Below, piece after piece: positions 63,285 to 64,000 of a stretch of DNA of 64,000 bases. The stretch comes from Lingula anatina (Eukaryota; Animalia; Brachiopoda): contig CM120642.1 of the NCBI GenBank assembly GCA_051362555.1, positions 30,070,001 to 30,134,000 on the forward strand. The letters are read 5' to 3'. A program made the position numbers and the translations under genes. The notes below the pieces were generated by a model. It made no database searches. It was not told the origin of the DNA and saw only the letters and a list, made by a program, of their open reading frames with translations. Each line of letters opens with the position of its first letter. Within the stretch, counting starts at the first letter, position 1.

Positions 63285-64000
63285 CTGCAAAAAGATTGAT
63301 GATATTGGTTAACACAACGTTTTTCAATGAAAAAGCCAAGAAATCGTCCCTGATGCAGTGAAAGTGTAGGTTATAATTGATGCTATATGTTTTTTTTTAA
63401 TGCGTGTATACAGGTTGTCAAAAAATATTCCGCTTTTATGTCATACTGCTTAAACTGTACTCTAAAGGCACCTTTAATCCGTCAATATTTAGGATACTCA
63501 ACATCATGAGCAAGATTTTTTACCCCTCATATAGGATAACCAAATGTACTGGGCTAGAAGACTATTGGTCCCACTTATTGTTGTTAAAATATCATAGTTT
63601 TTTAGAAGATAAAATCAATGGGAAAGGACGGGCAAATTTTGAAAAATGCACCCTATATACCGATATTATAGTTGTGCCACGTGTCTCACTTCCTTTTTTT
63701 TTAACGCTTAATATGGGCTATGATGATGATCCGGGTTTTCTGTGCTATGGTTACTGATTGAATTATGTACAATTGAAAGGGGGTCATTGCATTTTTTCTC
63801 CGGTATCAAATCTACACAGTTACAATGTAAAATATATTTTATCCAGTGTGTATATTTTATTTTTAAAAAAATCGACACCTAATATTTGAACAATTTTCAT
63901 ATCAGCCAAAGCGAGCTTGGGGCGAAGGCAACGTTTATGGAAAGGGCATGCATATGATGACATAAAATTTGAAAAATTGCCGACAACATCTGTATTAACT

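Noticed and set aside
63409-64000. Possible DNA transposon end (tacaggttgtca...)
   Set aside because: No partner TIR or transposase sequence within the window.

Overview
AT-rich, intron-rich animal genomic DNA, most likely lophotrochozoan/molluscan (inferred from the intermediate filament protein and repeat types). Manual splicing gives three genes. (1) + strand, <125-31490: a giant kinase-less ROCO gene, 5'-truncated by the window. Its 56 visible exons splice in consistent phase to about 3,030 aa: LRR, degenerate P-loop-less ROC-COR, Cys-rich motif, SPRY-like, MBT-like/Zn ribbon, LRR with EF-hand insert, intact ROC-COR, TIR (no catalytic Glu), TIR (Glu kept), TORNADO1-like C-terminal domain, CaaX (CVIL). 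(2) - strand, 45061-35151: a 4-exon, 175-aa gene largely invisible in the ORF track, with signal peptide, RGM-N/neuritin-type cysteine spacing, furin site (RVRR) and GPI signal. (3) - strand, >63284-54070: a cytoplasmic intermediate filament protein with a lamin-tail domain, 5'-truncated. Introns hold a Helentron-like non-autonomous element with internal tandem repeats, several MITE families and many microsatellites. All domain calls come from motif reading by eye; no searches were run.
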